A DNA stretch of 64,000 bases, from positions 928,001 through 992,000 of the forward strand of contig OY820905.2 of the NCBI GenBank assembly GCA_963555755.3. The letters run 5' to 3'. This DNA is from Nitrospirales bacterium. GTDB lineage: Bacteria > Nitrospirota > Nitrospiria > Nitrospirales > UBA8639. Shown here in pieces: positions 10,319-20,734 of the stretch. The position numbers were made by a program, and so were the translations under genes. Position 1 is the first letter of the stretch; every line of letters starts with the position of its first letter. Below the pieces are notes generated by a model. It searched no databases. It was not told the DNA's origin and was given only the letters and a program-made list of their open reading frames with translations.

Positions 10319-10556
10319 CTTCAGGGTCGGCACTGTAGCATATTGTCCTTTAGACATCACGGGTACAATGGTTTAAAAATAGGACAGACGGACAAACACA
10401 CTTTTGAGTTGAAATGAGGAACAAAAGAAGTGACAATCCCTACAGATACACCATCCAGGTCGCAACATTCAATCATGAAGCAATATGGATGTTCGTATGA
10501 AAAGGGGTCTTCCGGCTTTCATGAGGCTAGGGGGCCCCGATTTACGACAACAAACA

Positions 10557-11264
10557 ATGAGACATAGAAAAAACACGAACCCTACTTTCAGACTGATTAT
10601 TTTCCTTACCGCATTCCTCTTTCCGGGTTGCGCTATCATTGAAACCGCATTCGATATTGCCAAGGGAACTGTCAAGGGCGGCTACTATGTTGTCAAAGGT
10701 GCATACCATCTCACCGCCGGCACGACCAAGGTGGTCTACCACATTGGTAAATTTACCTTTGAAGTCTTGCGTGCCCCAAAGGAATGGCCACTCACGAATG
10801 AAGATATTGAAACCATCGATGGGTTACCGGTCAAAGAAGCCATTCGCCAAGGTCGCGTGAAAAGAGCACCCTACGTAGTCAAGGGAAAACGTTATGTCCC
10901 CATGAGCGTAAAGAGAGCCCAACAGTATGAAGAAACCGGCGTTGCCTCATGGTACGGAGAAGAAACTCGACGACAAAAAGGCGGCCACATGACCGCCAAC
11001 GGAGAAGCCTTCAATCCCAAAGGCCTCACGGCCGCCCACAAATATCTTCCGCTGCCCATCAACGTGAAAGTCACGAACCTAGAAAATGGCCGATCAATCA
11101 TTGTGAGAGTAAACGACCGAGGCCCCTTCCCCAGCGTCAACAATTCAAAATCTGGAAAACGAATAATCGACCTCAGCTACGGCGCCGCCAAACGTCTCGG
11201 CTTCCACAAAAAAGGCTTAGCTAAAGTCCGTGTGAAAGTGATCCGCGTAAAAGTGGAAACGTGA
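10557..11264 (+). CDS. rlpA: Septal ring lytic transglycosylase RlpA-family lipoprotein
   Basis: GVASWYG, TANGE, TAAHK, RVNDRGP, IIDLS motifs; lipobox-like FPGC. Confidence 0.9.
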   Translation: MRHRKNTNPTFRLIIFLTAFLFPGCAIIETAFDIAKGTVKGGYYVVKGAYHLTAGTTKVVYHIGKFTFEVLRAPKEWPLTNEDIETIDGLPVKEAIRQGRVKRAPYVVKGKRYVPMSVKRAQQYEETGVASWYGEETRRQKGGHMTANGEAFNPKGLTAAHKYLPLPINVKVTNLENGRSIIVRVNDRGPFPSVNNSKSGKRIIDLSYGAAKRLGFHKKGLAKVRVKVIRVKVET

Positions 11265-11297
11265 GCCCCAGAAAGGGAAATTTGGAATTTTTTTAGA

Positions 11298-11489
11298 TGC
11301 AGGGTTTCGCCCCTGCAGACGAGGCCCTTTTGTTTCGGCAAAAGGACCCAAAACCATTTCTGCCCGTGCGCGGCCCCAAGGGGGTTCCTCCGCCTCCGCC
11401 CCGAATAAGATGGCGAGGGAACTCGCTCTGCTCAAACAGCCCTCGCCTAAAAGTCGATTCGGGCCTGCGGCTCCGCCGCACCCAACGCG
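11298..11489 (+). repeat. Directional structured repeat family H, copy 1
   Basis: Homologous to 14632-14848, 15765-15982 and 44034-44247; several hairpins, no TIR. Confidence 0.8.
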
Positions 11490-11915
11490 AGAACCATATC
11501 GGCCAGAAAAGGAAAAAGAAGGTTCCTGGCACCTTTTCTTTTCCCGTTTCTTTTCCATGCAATCCCCTAGGAATATTTCCCAATTTCAAAAACCCTCCTA
11601 ATTTTCATACACGCACCATTAGATTTTCCAAACACTTAGGAGTACCGTATAAGGGGGTTCAAAAATAAATGAATTTCGTTTTCTTAATAGCATGGGCAGG
11701 GTTGTTACTGTATTTCTCGATCAAAGAGGAATTTAATGCAAAGGATACAAGTATTGTTTTTCTGATATATTACCTAATCCCCCTCTTTATTCTTTTGTTG
11801 TTAAATGATTTCTCTCTCAACAAAATATTCTCGGGTGGCGTACCTGATTATATAGATGAGTGTTGCGTCCGCTACTAGGATACCAATAACAAATATTTAT
11901 TATACCTACTTCACA

Positions 11916-12569
11916 ATGAATGAGATGGTACCGCAAGACAAGCTTCTGTCTCTCGCTCACCGAGGCTTGAACTCTCAGGAACCTTTGGAAACCGTCGCCA
12001 AAGACCACGGTGTATCGGAGGCGGATCTAAAACGTACGGTGCGCGAATATAAAAAGACCATAGAAAAGTTACAACGGGAAGAAGAGCGTAAGGGCCAACT
12101 GGCGGACTTGGTTCCAGGCCTTTTGAAAATGGCAGTGGACTTTCGTATTAATGGACGTAGCCTTAGAGCCAAAGCTGAATACAGGTTCAAATTTCCAGAA
12201 CTGTGCGATGGCGACACACATAAAAAGGGACCGACCAAGTTCTATAGACCAGACGTGGTTTGGTTTAACGGAGAACCTTCGGAAGAAACTGCATCTGTGA
12301 TTTTTGAAATCGAGAATGGAACTAGCCCAAAACACCAGATGGGCGGACTCGCTTTCGCAAATATTCTTGCGCTCAAATACACAAAGACCATTATGGTTCT
12401 TTGCAATTGTACGCGAGGGATCGGAGATTCTCTCGAACTCAATTGCATTATCCAAAGCATACCTTGGGCCAAAGTGGTCTCTAAACGCTTTCGTGGTCCA
12501 CGGTTTCCACCTTCCGTCAGTGGAGGAATCCGTGAGAACAGCGTTGCAACAGCAGGCGTGAAGCCATGA
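11916..12569 (+). pseudogene. Putative PD-(D/E)XK-like protein, apparently frameshifted near 12385
   Basis: RPDVVW...IFEIENG motif; protein-like continuation RPLWFFAIVR in another frame ending at 12561. Confidence 0.45.
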
Positions 12570-12873
12570 ATCAAAATAAGTTGTTTTTGAATGCCTGGGA
12601 AAGGGATGAAAATGCTCCCCAAAAACCACGCACCGTATCCTTCAAGCTACCATAGGATTTTGATGCCTTTTCTTTTGGGAATATACTGCGGGCTGATATT
12701 GGGATAGGCTGCCGAAATTGCAGTATATCTCTGTTCATGAAACCATAGGCTGGTTTGGTTAATGTATTGAATTATGGTGAAATAAGCATTCCTGGGGTTA
12801 ATTATAATGAGGGTGCTATCCCACTGTGGCAAGTTGCAGAATACATAATAGTTAGAAATACGAAGGACCAAAA

Positions 12874-13677
12874 ATGAAACCCGCACTAATCATCACTTTC
12901 CTAGCACTTTTAGCGCAGGGTTGCGCTAACCTGGGTCATGAGGAGTTTTACACCCAGCGTGCTCCTATTAAGTATCCCCCTACTAAGAAAATAATGGTTT
13001 TCGAATATGGTAACGTTGATCTTAAGGAAATCTATGAGATTCTTTTTTCTGATTTCTTGATCATCGGCCGATCCGCTTTCCACGGCCCGTACGAGGATCC
13101 AAAGGAATCAGTTTCCTTCGCCAAGTCAATAGGCGCGGATGTTTTCCTTGCCACTTCTCAATTTGAGGAAACAAGAACTTCATTTATAAACCTTTCAACC
13201 CCGGCATCAAGTACCACTGACTTTAGTGGGTATTCTGGAATTGGCTCATTCTATGGTACGGCGACAACTTACGGCACAAAGACGACCACCATTCCGATAA
13301 CGGTCAATCGGTACGATCAAAAGGGCCTCTATTTAAGGAACGTCAACAATATTGTATCGCTTTGGGAAAGGATCCAAGATCAATACAAGAGGACGGGATC
13401 AAGTGATCTTGAGGGGGGTTGGTTCAATGAAAACTACAAGCTTCGCCTATATCGTTCCGGCCAACAAATTGTCGCCTTCATTTCTGAGGAACCTAAAGAT
13501 CGCCCTGATTGGGGTAAAGGGCAATTGAAGTTCATTTTCGGTGTTGATTCAGGTGTTGGCATCTATCTCGCGGGAAATAAAACGCCTATGCCTTCGGAAT
13601 TCAAGCTAAATAAGTTTGGGCATCTTGAAGTAACGATCATCACAATAAAAGAAACATTTTCGTTTGCACGGGAATAG
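12874..13677 (+). CDS. Hypothetical lipoprotein (putative integron cassette ORF)
   Basis: Lipobox LLAQGC; followed by attC-like remnant. Confidence 0.7.
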   Translation: MKPALIITFLALLAQGCANLGHEEFYTQRAPIKYPPTKKIMVFEYGNVDLKEIYEILFSDFLIIGRSAFHGPYEDPKESVSFAKSIGADVFLATSQFEETRTSFINLSTPASSTTDFSGYSGIGSFYGTATTYGTKTTTIPITVNRYDQKGLYLRNVNNIVSLWERIQDQYKRTGSSDLEGGWFNENYKLRLYRSGQQIVAFISEEPKDRPDWGKGQLKFIFGVDSGVGIYLAGNKTPMPSEFKLNKFGHLEVTIITIKETFSFARE

Positions 13678-13745
13678 TATTTCGAACAATTCGCTGAACC
13701 CCAACTGCAAAAGCCGTGCGAAGCGCTGCCAGCCCGTTAGCTCTG
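13677..13745 (+). other. Degenerate attC-like site
   Basis: GTATTTCGAAC is 10/11 complementary to cassette start GTTAGAAATAC at 12851; TCGCTGAAC / GTTAGCT L-box-like pair; R' missing. Confidence 0.55.
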
Positions 13746-13771
13746 GAGCTATTTCTTGAACGAGATTCAGC

Positions 13772-14146
13772 ATGAATGAAAAGGCTTTAGCAGAGCAGAT
13801 CGCAGCCCAGGTTCTCAGAGACACCCAGTTTTGGATTGCACTCGTTGGAATATTCGGAGCTGTCGTTGGATCCCTGCTTACTTTCGTCGGAAACTTCCTC
13901 CTTCATTGGTTCCAAGATCGGAATCGAAAACTTCTCGATAGAGCAAGGAAGAAGCTTCTTAAAGGTATGCTGGACAAACAAGATTGGCGGAAACTTTCCA
14001 CGTTGTCCCGCGTAATCGGCGCAGACTATGATACCACCCGTCGCTTACTGTTCGAGCTAGACGCGCGTGGCTCGGAGGTAGCAAGAGAAGACAGCGAAGA
14101 GGTTTGGGGATTAATTTCAAAACATCCATTAGATCGGATCGAATAA
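13772..14146 (+). CDS. Hypothetical membrane-anchored protein (putative cassette ORF)
   Basis: One transmembrane segment; followed by attC-like site. Confidence 0.65.
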   Translation: MNEKALAEQIAAQVLRDTQFWIALVGIFGAVVGSLLTFVGNFLLHWFQDRNRKLLDRARKKLLKGMLDKQDWRKLSTLSRVIGADYDTTRRLLFELDARGSEVAREDSEEVWGLISKHPLDRIE

Positions 14147-14150
14147 TGCG

Positions 14151-14207
14151 GTCTAACAGTACCTCAAGGGGACGCGACAACCCGGACCGCTTAGGCCGAC
14201 TTTATCT
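14151..14207 (+). other. Degenerate attC-like site
   Basis: GTCTAAC (RYYYAAC) 5 nt after stop; CTCAAG / GCTTAGG L boxes; TTTATCT is one change from GTTATCT. Confidence 0.55.
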
Positions 14208-14360
14208 GAAGATACTGCAATTGTGCTCATTTTGTGCTCAACGCCACAACACTCCAGCCTATTCAGGCCTATTCCAGCCAAACTTCGGGATACGTGAAAA
14301 CTTTGGCTGGGGTAGGCTGGAATGAGTTCTGGTAGGCTCCAGTAGGGTGGTGTTTCCGCA

Positions 14361-14386
14361 TTCCTAAACCGCAGGTCGGACGTTCA
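14361..14386 (+). other. tRNA-Arg(CCT)-like fragment, possible att remnant
   Basis: TT-CCT-AA anticodon loop followed by ACCGCAGGTCGGACGTTCAA; no 5' half or acceptor stem. Confidence 0.5.
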
Positions 14387-14631
14387 AAATAGGAGACTGC
14401 CCTTCCCTAATAATCAATCCGCCCTTTCCCTTCAGCTCAAATTTCCTTCCAAGATAATCCCCCAACTTCAAATTGAATTAAGTTTTTCGAGGTCACGAAG
14501 ACCTACCCGGTCACGCTCTTGCCAGATCTTCTTTTAAACATCCGAAAAAGTAAGATTTGAAGTCAAGTCTATTGTTGATAGTTTCACAGCTTGACGACGA
14601 TTTCACCTTCTCATTTCTGCAATCTCCTCCC

Positions 14632-14848
14632 GCCTTGGGCGCGGCGGAGCCAGAGTCCCGAATCGACTTTTCGGCGAGGGCTGTTTGAGCGGAGCGAGTT
14701 CCCTCGCCATCTTATTCGGGACGGAGGCGGAGGCACCCCGGAGAGCCTGCTTCTGAGCAGAATCGGAGGGGCCGCGCACGGGCGAAAATGGTTTTGGGTA
14801 CTTTTGCCGAAACAAAAGTGCCTCGTCGCACGGGGACGAAACCCCGCA
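14632..14848 (-). repeat. Repeat family H, copy 2
   Basis: Homology to other H copies. Confidence 0.8.
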
Positions 14849-14905
14849 GTTGAAAGAAAGCCAAGCATGGGGATCGGGTTCTGTTAATTTGAACGAAAAC
14901 CCTCT

Positions 14906-15127
14906 CTACACTTCAAACTCACTTCGGGGAAGGCCAGACTGGCGGATGATGGATTGTAAGGTACCAATTCGAAGTTCGTCATGGTCCGGAACAGGAACAG
15001 TAGTTGTGACTTCAGAGGTTTTTTGTTGCATCACGATATGGCTGCCTCGCTTGCGAACTTCTACAAATCCGTGTTTCGATAGAATCTTACATGCCCCTTT
15101 ACCAGATAAGACTCGCAGCTTACCCAA
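14906..15127 (-). CDS. hicA: HicA-family toxin
   Basis: GF..VRKRGSH, VPDHDEL.IGTL.SI motifs. Confidence 0.9.
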   Translation of the reverse strand: MGKLRVLSGKGACKILSKHGFVEVRKRGSHIVMQQKTSEVTTTVPVPDHDELRIGTLQSIIRQSGLPRSEFEV

Positions 15128-15341
15128 GCGTCACCTCAAGTTGGGTGACATAGATTTCTCCGTGAAGTCGTGTTTTCACCTCTTCCTGCGAGGCACATTC
15201 AAAAAATAACTCCACGGCTTCGTGTAAGTTATCTTTGGCTTGTTCAACTGTCGCCCCTTGGCTGGCAACATCCAACTCCGGGCAAAGCGAAACATATCCG
15301 TCGCCTTCCCGTTCAATAATTGCTGTCAATTGATATTTCAT
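15120..15341 (-). CDS. hicB: HicB-family antitoxin
   Basis: GYVSLCPELDVASQG.T.E.A..NL.EA motif. Confidence 0.9.
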   Translation of the reverse strand: MKYQLTAIIEREGDGYVSLCPELDVASQGATVEQAKDNLHEAVELFFECASQEEVKTRLHGEIYVTQLEVTLG

Positions 15342-15428
15342 GGTTTCTCCTTCGTCTCAATAAGGGTAGTTCCTCCCATTCTAAGATTAAAGCAAATATT
15401 TTCCAATGGCTATTGTCGGATAGGTAAT

Positions 15429-15591
15429 CCTAGAAACAGCAGTTGGATCACAAAATTCCGCGCAAACTCTTGGCCCACCTGGAAAAATAAAAAAATGTCT
15501 TATCACCACCCAGGTGACGACGACTTTTTTTACTTCACCGTGCACACCAATACCTCACACGGCTTTTTTGCGCCCAACTGCTGTTTCTAAG
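15429..15591. mobile_element. MITE family E, diverged copy
   Basis: CCTAGAAACAGCAGTTGG...CCAACTGCTGTTTCTAAG ends. Confidence 0.8.
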
Positions 15592-15764
15592 TTAAACCCG
15601 GCGTGCTGATTTCCAGCACCGGGCTTTCCTGGATGCTTCACGTTAAGGGTTATACCATCTTCAACCCACCAGACACACCGCCATTGACAGCATGTGATCA
15701 AATCTTTTCTTGAGAGTTCCCAAAATTGACAATGCCCATGGTGCTTTCTTTTTGAAGCTAACCT

Positions 15765-15982
15765 GCGTTGGGCGCGGCGGAGCCTCCGCCCCGAATCGAC
15801 CCCTTCGGCGAGGGCTGTTTGAGCGGAGCGAGTTCCCTCGCCATCTTATTCGGGGCGGAGGCGGAGGCACCCCTCTGAGACTGCTTCTGAGCAGCCTCGG
15901 AGGGGCCGCGCACGGGCGAAAATGGTTTTGGGCACTTTTGCCGAAACAAAAGTGCCTCGCCGCGCGGGGACGAAACCCCGTA
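15765..15982 (-). repeat. Repeat family H, copy 3
   Basis: Begins a few nt after the pncB stop codon. Confidence 0.8.
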
Positions 15983-15986
15983 TAAA

Positions 15987-17330
15987 TTAGTGCATCGCAT
16001 CCACCACTTCAGCAAGTGTGCGCAATGCTTGAGACACTTGAACTTCCACAGTGGCACCCTCACGAAGCTGGCATAGGTCTTGTGGTAAATGGGTTAATTG
16101 AGTCGCAGCATGCTCACGGGATTGAGTGAGTGGAATAGGAGAACCAAGTCGCTTTCCAGACTCAATTACTTTGTGGATGAGCGGCTCTCCTTCTTGCGGG
16201 TCATCATCCGTCGTTATCACATCATGATCGATTCGCCCCTGTTGGGCAAACTGGCGATACACTTGTTTCGGACCTGGCCAGGTAGCCTTTCCTTCTGATT
16301 TTTTTCGTGTCGGCCTACCCGCGTATTCTTGCAACTTGTACACACAGTCCAAATACGGAACATCTGCGGAGGCTGTCAGCTTCGTGCCGACCGCGAGAAA
16401 GTCTATTGGTGCCTGAGCCGCCACCAGGGATTGAATGGCATACTCATCCAAATGACCACTGGCGGTTATTTGCACGTCATTGAGCCCACCTTCATCTAAA
16501 ATCTTTCGTACCTTGAACGCATGATCGACTAAGTCACCACTATCCAAGCGTACCCCTTTTATGGAAATACCTTTTTCTTTTAGACGCGGAGCTAAGGCGA
16601 CAACTTTCCTTGCTCCGTCTTCTGTGTTGTAGGTGTCGATCAACAGAACGACATTCTCTGGATGGGCGTCGGCGAAATGTTCGAAGGCTTCGCTTTCGAC
16701 TGTATGGGCTTGAATAAAACTATGCGCCATGGTGCCAAACACGGGCACTCCAAAAAGCGACTCAGCCAGAATCGTTGCCGAGCCTGAAAACCCTGCAAGA
16801 TAACTCGCCCGGGCTGCTAGCAAACCGGCTTCTGCCCCATGAGCACGCCGTAACCCAAAATCAATGAGAGGTTTTTCGGATGCCACGAGCACACACCGTG
16901 CAGCTTTGGATGCTACCAACGTTTGATATTGCAAGAGATTGATTAAACGAGTTTCGACCAGTTGTGCCTGTGGAAGAGGCGCCGTGATTCGCGCAATGGG
17001 CTCGTTGGCAAAAAAAATTGTGCCCTCGGGCATGGCATGAAGATCGCCGGAAAATTTCCATCGCTCTAAATAGTCCACAAAGGATTGGCTGAAGAGCCCG
17101 CTTGTAGCCACCCAAGCCAACTCTTCCGAAGTAAAACGGGCCTGTTCCAAAAACTCCACGAGTTGTTCAAGACCAGCGGCCATAAAAAAACCCCGCTGTG
17201 GGGGCATCGTGCGCACAAAGAATTCAAAAACCGCGGTCTCTTCCATGCCATGCTCCAAGTAGCCTTGAAGCATGGTCAGTTGATACAAATCTGTGTGGAG
17301 GATACTGGAGCGAATGTCCGGGTTAGGCAT
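15987..17330 (-). CDS. pncB: Nicotinate phosphoribosyltransferase
   Basis: TDLYQLTM, DFGLRRAHG, GTMAHS, LIDTY, VRLDSGD motifs. Confidence 0.95.
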   Translation of the reverse strand: MPNPDIRSSILHTDLYQLTMLQGYLEHGMEETAVFEFFVRTMPPQRGFFMAAGLEQLVEFLEQARFTSEELAWVATSGLFSQSFVDYLERWKFSGDLHAMPEGTIFFANEPIARITAPLPQAQLVETRLINLLQYQTLVASKAARCVLVASEKPLIDFGLRRAHGAEAGLLAARASYLAGFSGSATILAESLFGVPVFGTMAHSFIQAHTVESEAFEHFADAHPENVVLLIDTYNTEDGARKVVALAPRLKEKGISIKGVRLDSGDLVDHAFKVRKILDEGGLNDVQITASGHLDEYAIQSLVAAQAPIDFLAVGTKLTASADVPYLDCVYKLQEYAGRPTRKKSEGKATWPGPKQVYRQFAQQGRIDHDVITTDDDPQEGEPLIHKVIESGKRLGSPIPLTQSREHAATQLTHLPQDLCQLREGATVEVQVSQALRTLAEVVDAMH

Positions 17331-17415
17331 CTTTTAGGGCACTACCAACTTTCGGGTGGATTCGGAAGTATAGCAGAGTGGAGTTGATTCCCCTCCTTTG
17401 TAAGGAGGGGTAAGG

Positions 17416-19318
17416 CAGGGCCATTTCATTCTTTTTATAAGCAAGGGATTCCATGAGTTTTTTTTGATCACTTTTTCAGGGCAGAGCCATGCGGATGGCT
17501 ACATGGGGCTTGGCCCAGAGCCATCGAAACGCCTGCGCGATATTGGTTTGGCCTTTCACGCGTAAGAGACTGATGGCATAGCGTCGCAGACAGGTCATGA
17601 CCATCGGGCCATTGAGCCGTCGGATCTGACTCCGGTCTTCATCAAAGGTGACATCCAACACATAATGCTGCTTATTCTCCACACTCCAATGCTTCCGGTT
17701 TTGCGAGAGGATTTTCTTCGGCGAGGCCTTCGCTGGTGACTGACTTGTGACTCCGCATACGGTATCTACCGTCGTGATGCCCTTCTTGAGATGCGCGACT
17801 TCCCTCTCAATGCAGAAGACTTGCTGCACATGGGGAAAGGTGACAGAGGCATTCAGGGAGTCGTCGCACCAGATCCTGCGGATCGTGATTCGCCCATGGC
17901 CCTTATCGGTCGTCTCATCATCACATCGTTGTGCGGTCAAATCCAAGGCCTCAATGTCGTGCTTCAAGGTCGGCTGGTTCCCCTTGACGGTGAAGACGAA
18001 GTCGGCCCCGCGTTCTTGCACAAGGTAATTTGCGATCTCTTTCTGGGTGAGGAGCGCATCCGCCGTGATGACCTTCCCTTCGATCTCCAGCTCATCTAAT
18101 AAGGGACGCACGCAGGGGATCTCATTGGTCTTGGTGTCGACTTTTTTGGGGTGAGGTGGCGCCCCTCGTCATGGGTGACGGCGCTGAGGACATGGGTCTG
18201 TTCGCTCGGGACCTTCGAAGTCCCCCGCATGGTCTTGCCATCAATGGCGATGCCCTGATCCTCCCCCCCAAAGGTGTCCAGCCACCGGCCGAGCAGGGTG
18301 TCGACTTCCCAGGGGTCGACGGCCGAGATAAATCGGTAGAGTGTGCTGCGGCTCGGGACGAGGTAGCGGCCCCCTCGTTTGGTGCATCCCAGCCGCTTGC
18401 GCATCGTCTGAGATAACTGCTGGGCCCAGTCCGAGATCGCTTCATAGCCATCGGCGCCGCACAAGGTGGCACAGAACATGATCGCGGTGAGGGCGCGTCG
18501 GGTGTGTCGTTGCCCTTGCAAATTGCGTGGATCGGTCAATTGCACCACATAGGTAAACAGGGAGTTCGTCTGCTTGGCATTCAATCGCATCTGAGGTACC
18601 TCTCCTTTCTGATAGAGCGGCTCCAACATCGGGCGGGCCAGGATCGCTCGGGCTTGGGGATGCAGACTTCTGACCAGAATTCGTTTGGGGCGGTCATGCG
18701 GAACATACCGCGTATTGGCCTTGCGAAACCCTCGGGTCAGCCCGAGCTCCTGCCACCCGGCGGCTCGATAGCAGGTCCCGGTGAAGCGGGCAGGATCGAC
18801 GAAGGTTTCTAAGAGGAGCACGGGGTAGCCGTGGCACATTTGCCAATCAGCCGTGATCCGTTTCGTGCAGAGCGACAGGACTTTCGAGGCAAGGTTCTTT
18901 TGCGAACAGCCCGGCAGGATGAGAAACCGGGTGTTGTTGGCTAGTAAATGGAGGCGTTGCCAGTGAAAACAGGGGGGCCAGCCGATCCAGTGGTCGCGCG
19001 GTTTCGATTTGAGGGCCGCCGCCGCAAACACCAGCAAGGCCAGCCAGCGATCCTGCACACAGGCGAGGTATTGGATCGATGGGCCAATCAGCGGGGCAGA
19101 CCCGAGGTAGTGATGTCTGTCGAGCAGGGTCTTGAAGGTGTCCTTCTCGTCCCGGACAATTGGGCGAACCACCACTTGCCCCAGATCGATGTCCGGCTGT
19201 CCGCTTGGGGATTCGTCTGGCATGAAAAAGAGTATGCCTCAAACGAAAAGAAAAAGCCAGCCTAAATCGATTATTCCTTATTATTTATGAAGTTACACTC
19301 TAATATGAAATAGCCCTG
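17416..19318 (-). mobile_element. ISAs1-family IS with DUF4338/DruA-like domain, copy 1 (1903 bp)
   Basis: TIR CAGGGC(C/T)ATTTCAT; 10-bp TSD AGGGGTAAGG; inserted in a CCCCTCCT...AGGAGGGG palindrome. Confidence 0.92.
17476..19223 (-). CDS. DUF4338-ISAs1 transposase fusion (ORFs 18096-19223 and 17476-18111 joined by -1 frameshift)
   Basis: HHYLG, NNTRFLI, ETFVD, GTCYRAAGW; then AIDGKT, KTNEI, TADALLTQ, VKGNQ, HWSVEN, DVTFDED; slippery A_AAA_AAG at 18147-18141. Confidence 0.85.
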
Positions 19319-19403
19319 AGGGGTAAGGGGAGGAAAGTAGGACTCTTACCATCGACAACATAAGAACGCGTTAGCATACACACAATTATCTGAAGAACCT
19401 TGT

Positions 19404-19760
19404 TCAGAAAGATTTTGAGTCATTCGGTTGCTCAAGCGCTCGACAGGGGCCGAGTACGGTCATGAGGATAATCCCCTGGCGAAGATTCTGGGGGTGGGCT
19501 AAGCCCAATCGTCTTCTAATATTTTTTTGCCGAAACGTCCTGCTTCGATCAGTGGAAACGGGAGTTGGCGATTGCTGCTTCTGGCCCAGCACCAGGGTTT
19601 CTTCGGTTGGGCTCAACTCCAAGGCCGACCTGGAAGACCATTCAATCGGTGCCCCCTCGTACGACGCCTTGTCCATCTGTTCCTTCATCCACCGAGCGCC
19701 AACCGAGAGTCCCCAGACCATCAGGGCCAGACCGAAAAAAATAATGCTTTCCATACTCAT
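19404..19760 (-). CDS. Hypothetical membrane protein downstream of floA
   Basis: N-terminal transmembrane segment; [17 protein letters not shown]-terminal motif; overlaps floA stop. Confidence 0.65.
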   Translation of the reverse strand: MSMESIIFFGLALMVWGLSVGARWMKEQMDKASYEGAPIEWSSRSALELSPTEETLVLGQKQQSPTPVSTDRSRTFRQKNIRRRLGLAHPQNLRQGIILMTVLGPCRALEQPNDSKSF

Positions 19761-20734
19761 GGCTTCTGCCCGCTCGGCGGATCGTCTTCACTGCCCGCAA
19801 TGGAGTCGCGCATCGCCGTATCAGCCTGAACATTCTTCATTCGATAATAATCCATTATCCCCATGTTCCCTTGACGGAATGCGTCGGCCATGGCCTTGGG
19901 AACTTCGGCTTCCGCTTCCACAACCCGTGCTCTCATCTCTTGTTCCAACGCGACAGCCATGGCACGTCGTTCCTCGGCTTTGGCTTGGGCAATTTGTTTA
20001 TCCGCATCCGCTTGATCAATTTGCAGTTTGGCCCCGATGTTGATTCCAACATCAATATCGGCAATATCAATAGACAAAATTTCAAACGCCGTTCCTGCAT
20101 CCAGTCCTTTACTCAATATATACTTGGAAATTTCATCAGGGTTTTCCAACACATGCTTATGCGTGGCCGACGATCCGATCGCACTGACCATCCCTTCCCC
20201 GACTCGGGCAATCACGGTTTCTTCCCCGGCCCCTCCGACTAAGCGATCGATATTGGTCCGAACCGTGACACGAGATACGGCAATGAGCTGGATGCCATCC
20301 TTGGCCACAGCGGTAATGCGCGGCGTCTCAATGACCTTGGGCAGAACCGACATTTTCACGGCCTCCAGGACATCCCGTCCCGCGAGGTCAATCGCCGCTG
20401 CTCGTTTGAACGAGATCGGAATATTGGCCTTATCCGCGGAGATCATGGCATTGACCACCCGCACCACGTCCCCACCAGCAAGAAAATGCGCTTCTAAATC
20501 ATTGATGTTAATATCGATGCCAGCTTTTACGGCCATAATCCGTACATTCACCACTGTTCCTGGTGGCACCCGGCGAAATCGCATACCAATCAACGTCATC
20601 AATCCCACATACGCATTGGAAGCCCATGCCGCAATCCACAGGGGAATGGGGACCAGAAATAATATAAATGCCAGCGCCGCTACCACAACAAGAAGAAGAG
20701 CGAGCGATCCAAATACTTGTGTTTCCGCTCCCAT
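19757..20734 (-). CDS. floA: Flotillin-like protein FloA/YqfA
   Basis: [34 protein letters not shown] motifs. Confidence 0.92.
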   Translation of the reverse strand: MGAETQVFGSLALLLVVVAALAFILFLVPIPLWIAAWASNAYVGLMTLIGMRFRRVPPGTVVNVRIMAVKAGIDININDLEAHFLAGGDVVRVVNAMISADKANIPISFKRAAAIDLAGRDVLEAVKMSVLPKVIETPRITAVAKDGIQLIAVSRVTVRTNIDRLVGGAGEETVIARVGEGMVSAIGSSATHKHVLENPDEISKYILSKGLDAGTAFEILSIDIADIDVGINIGAKLQIDQADADKQIAQAKAEERRAMAVALEQEMRARVVEAEAEVPKAMADAFRQGNMGIMDYYRMKNVQADTAMRDSIAGSEDDPPSGQKP

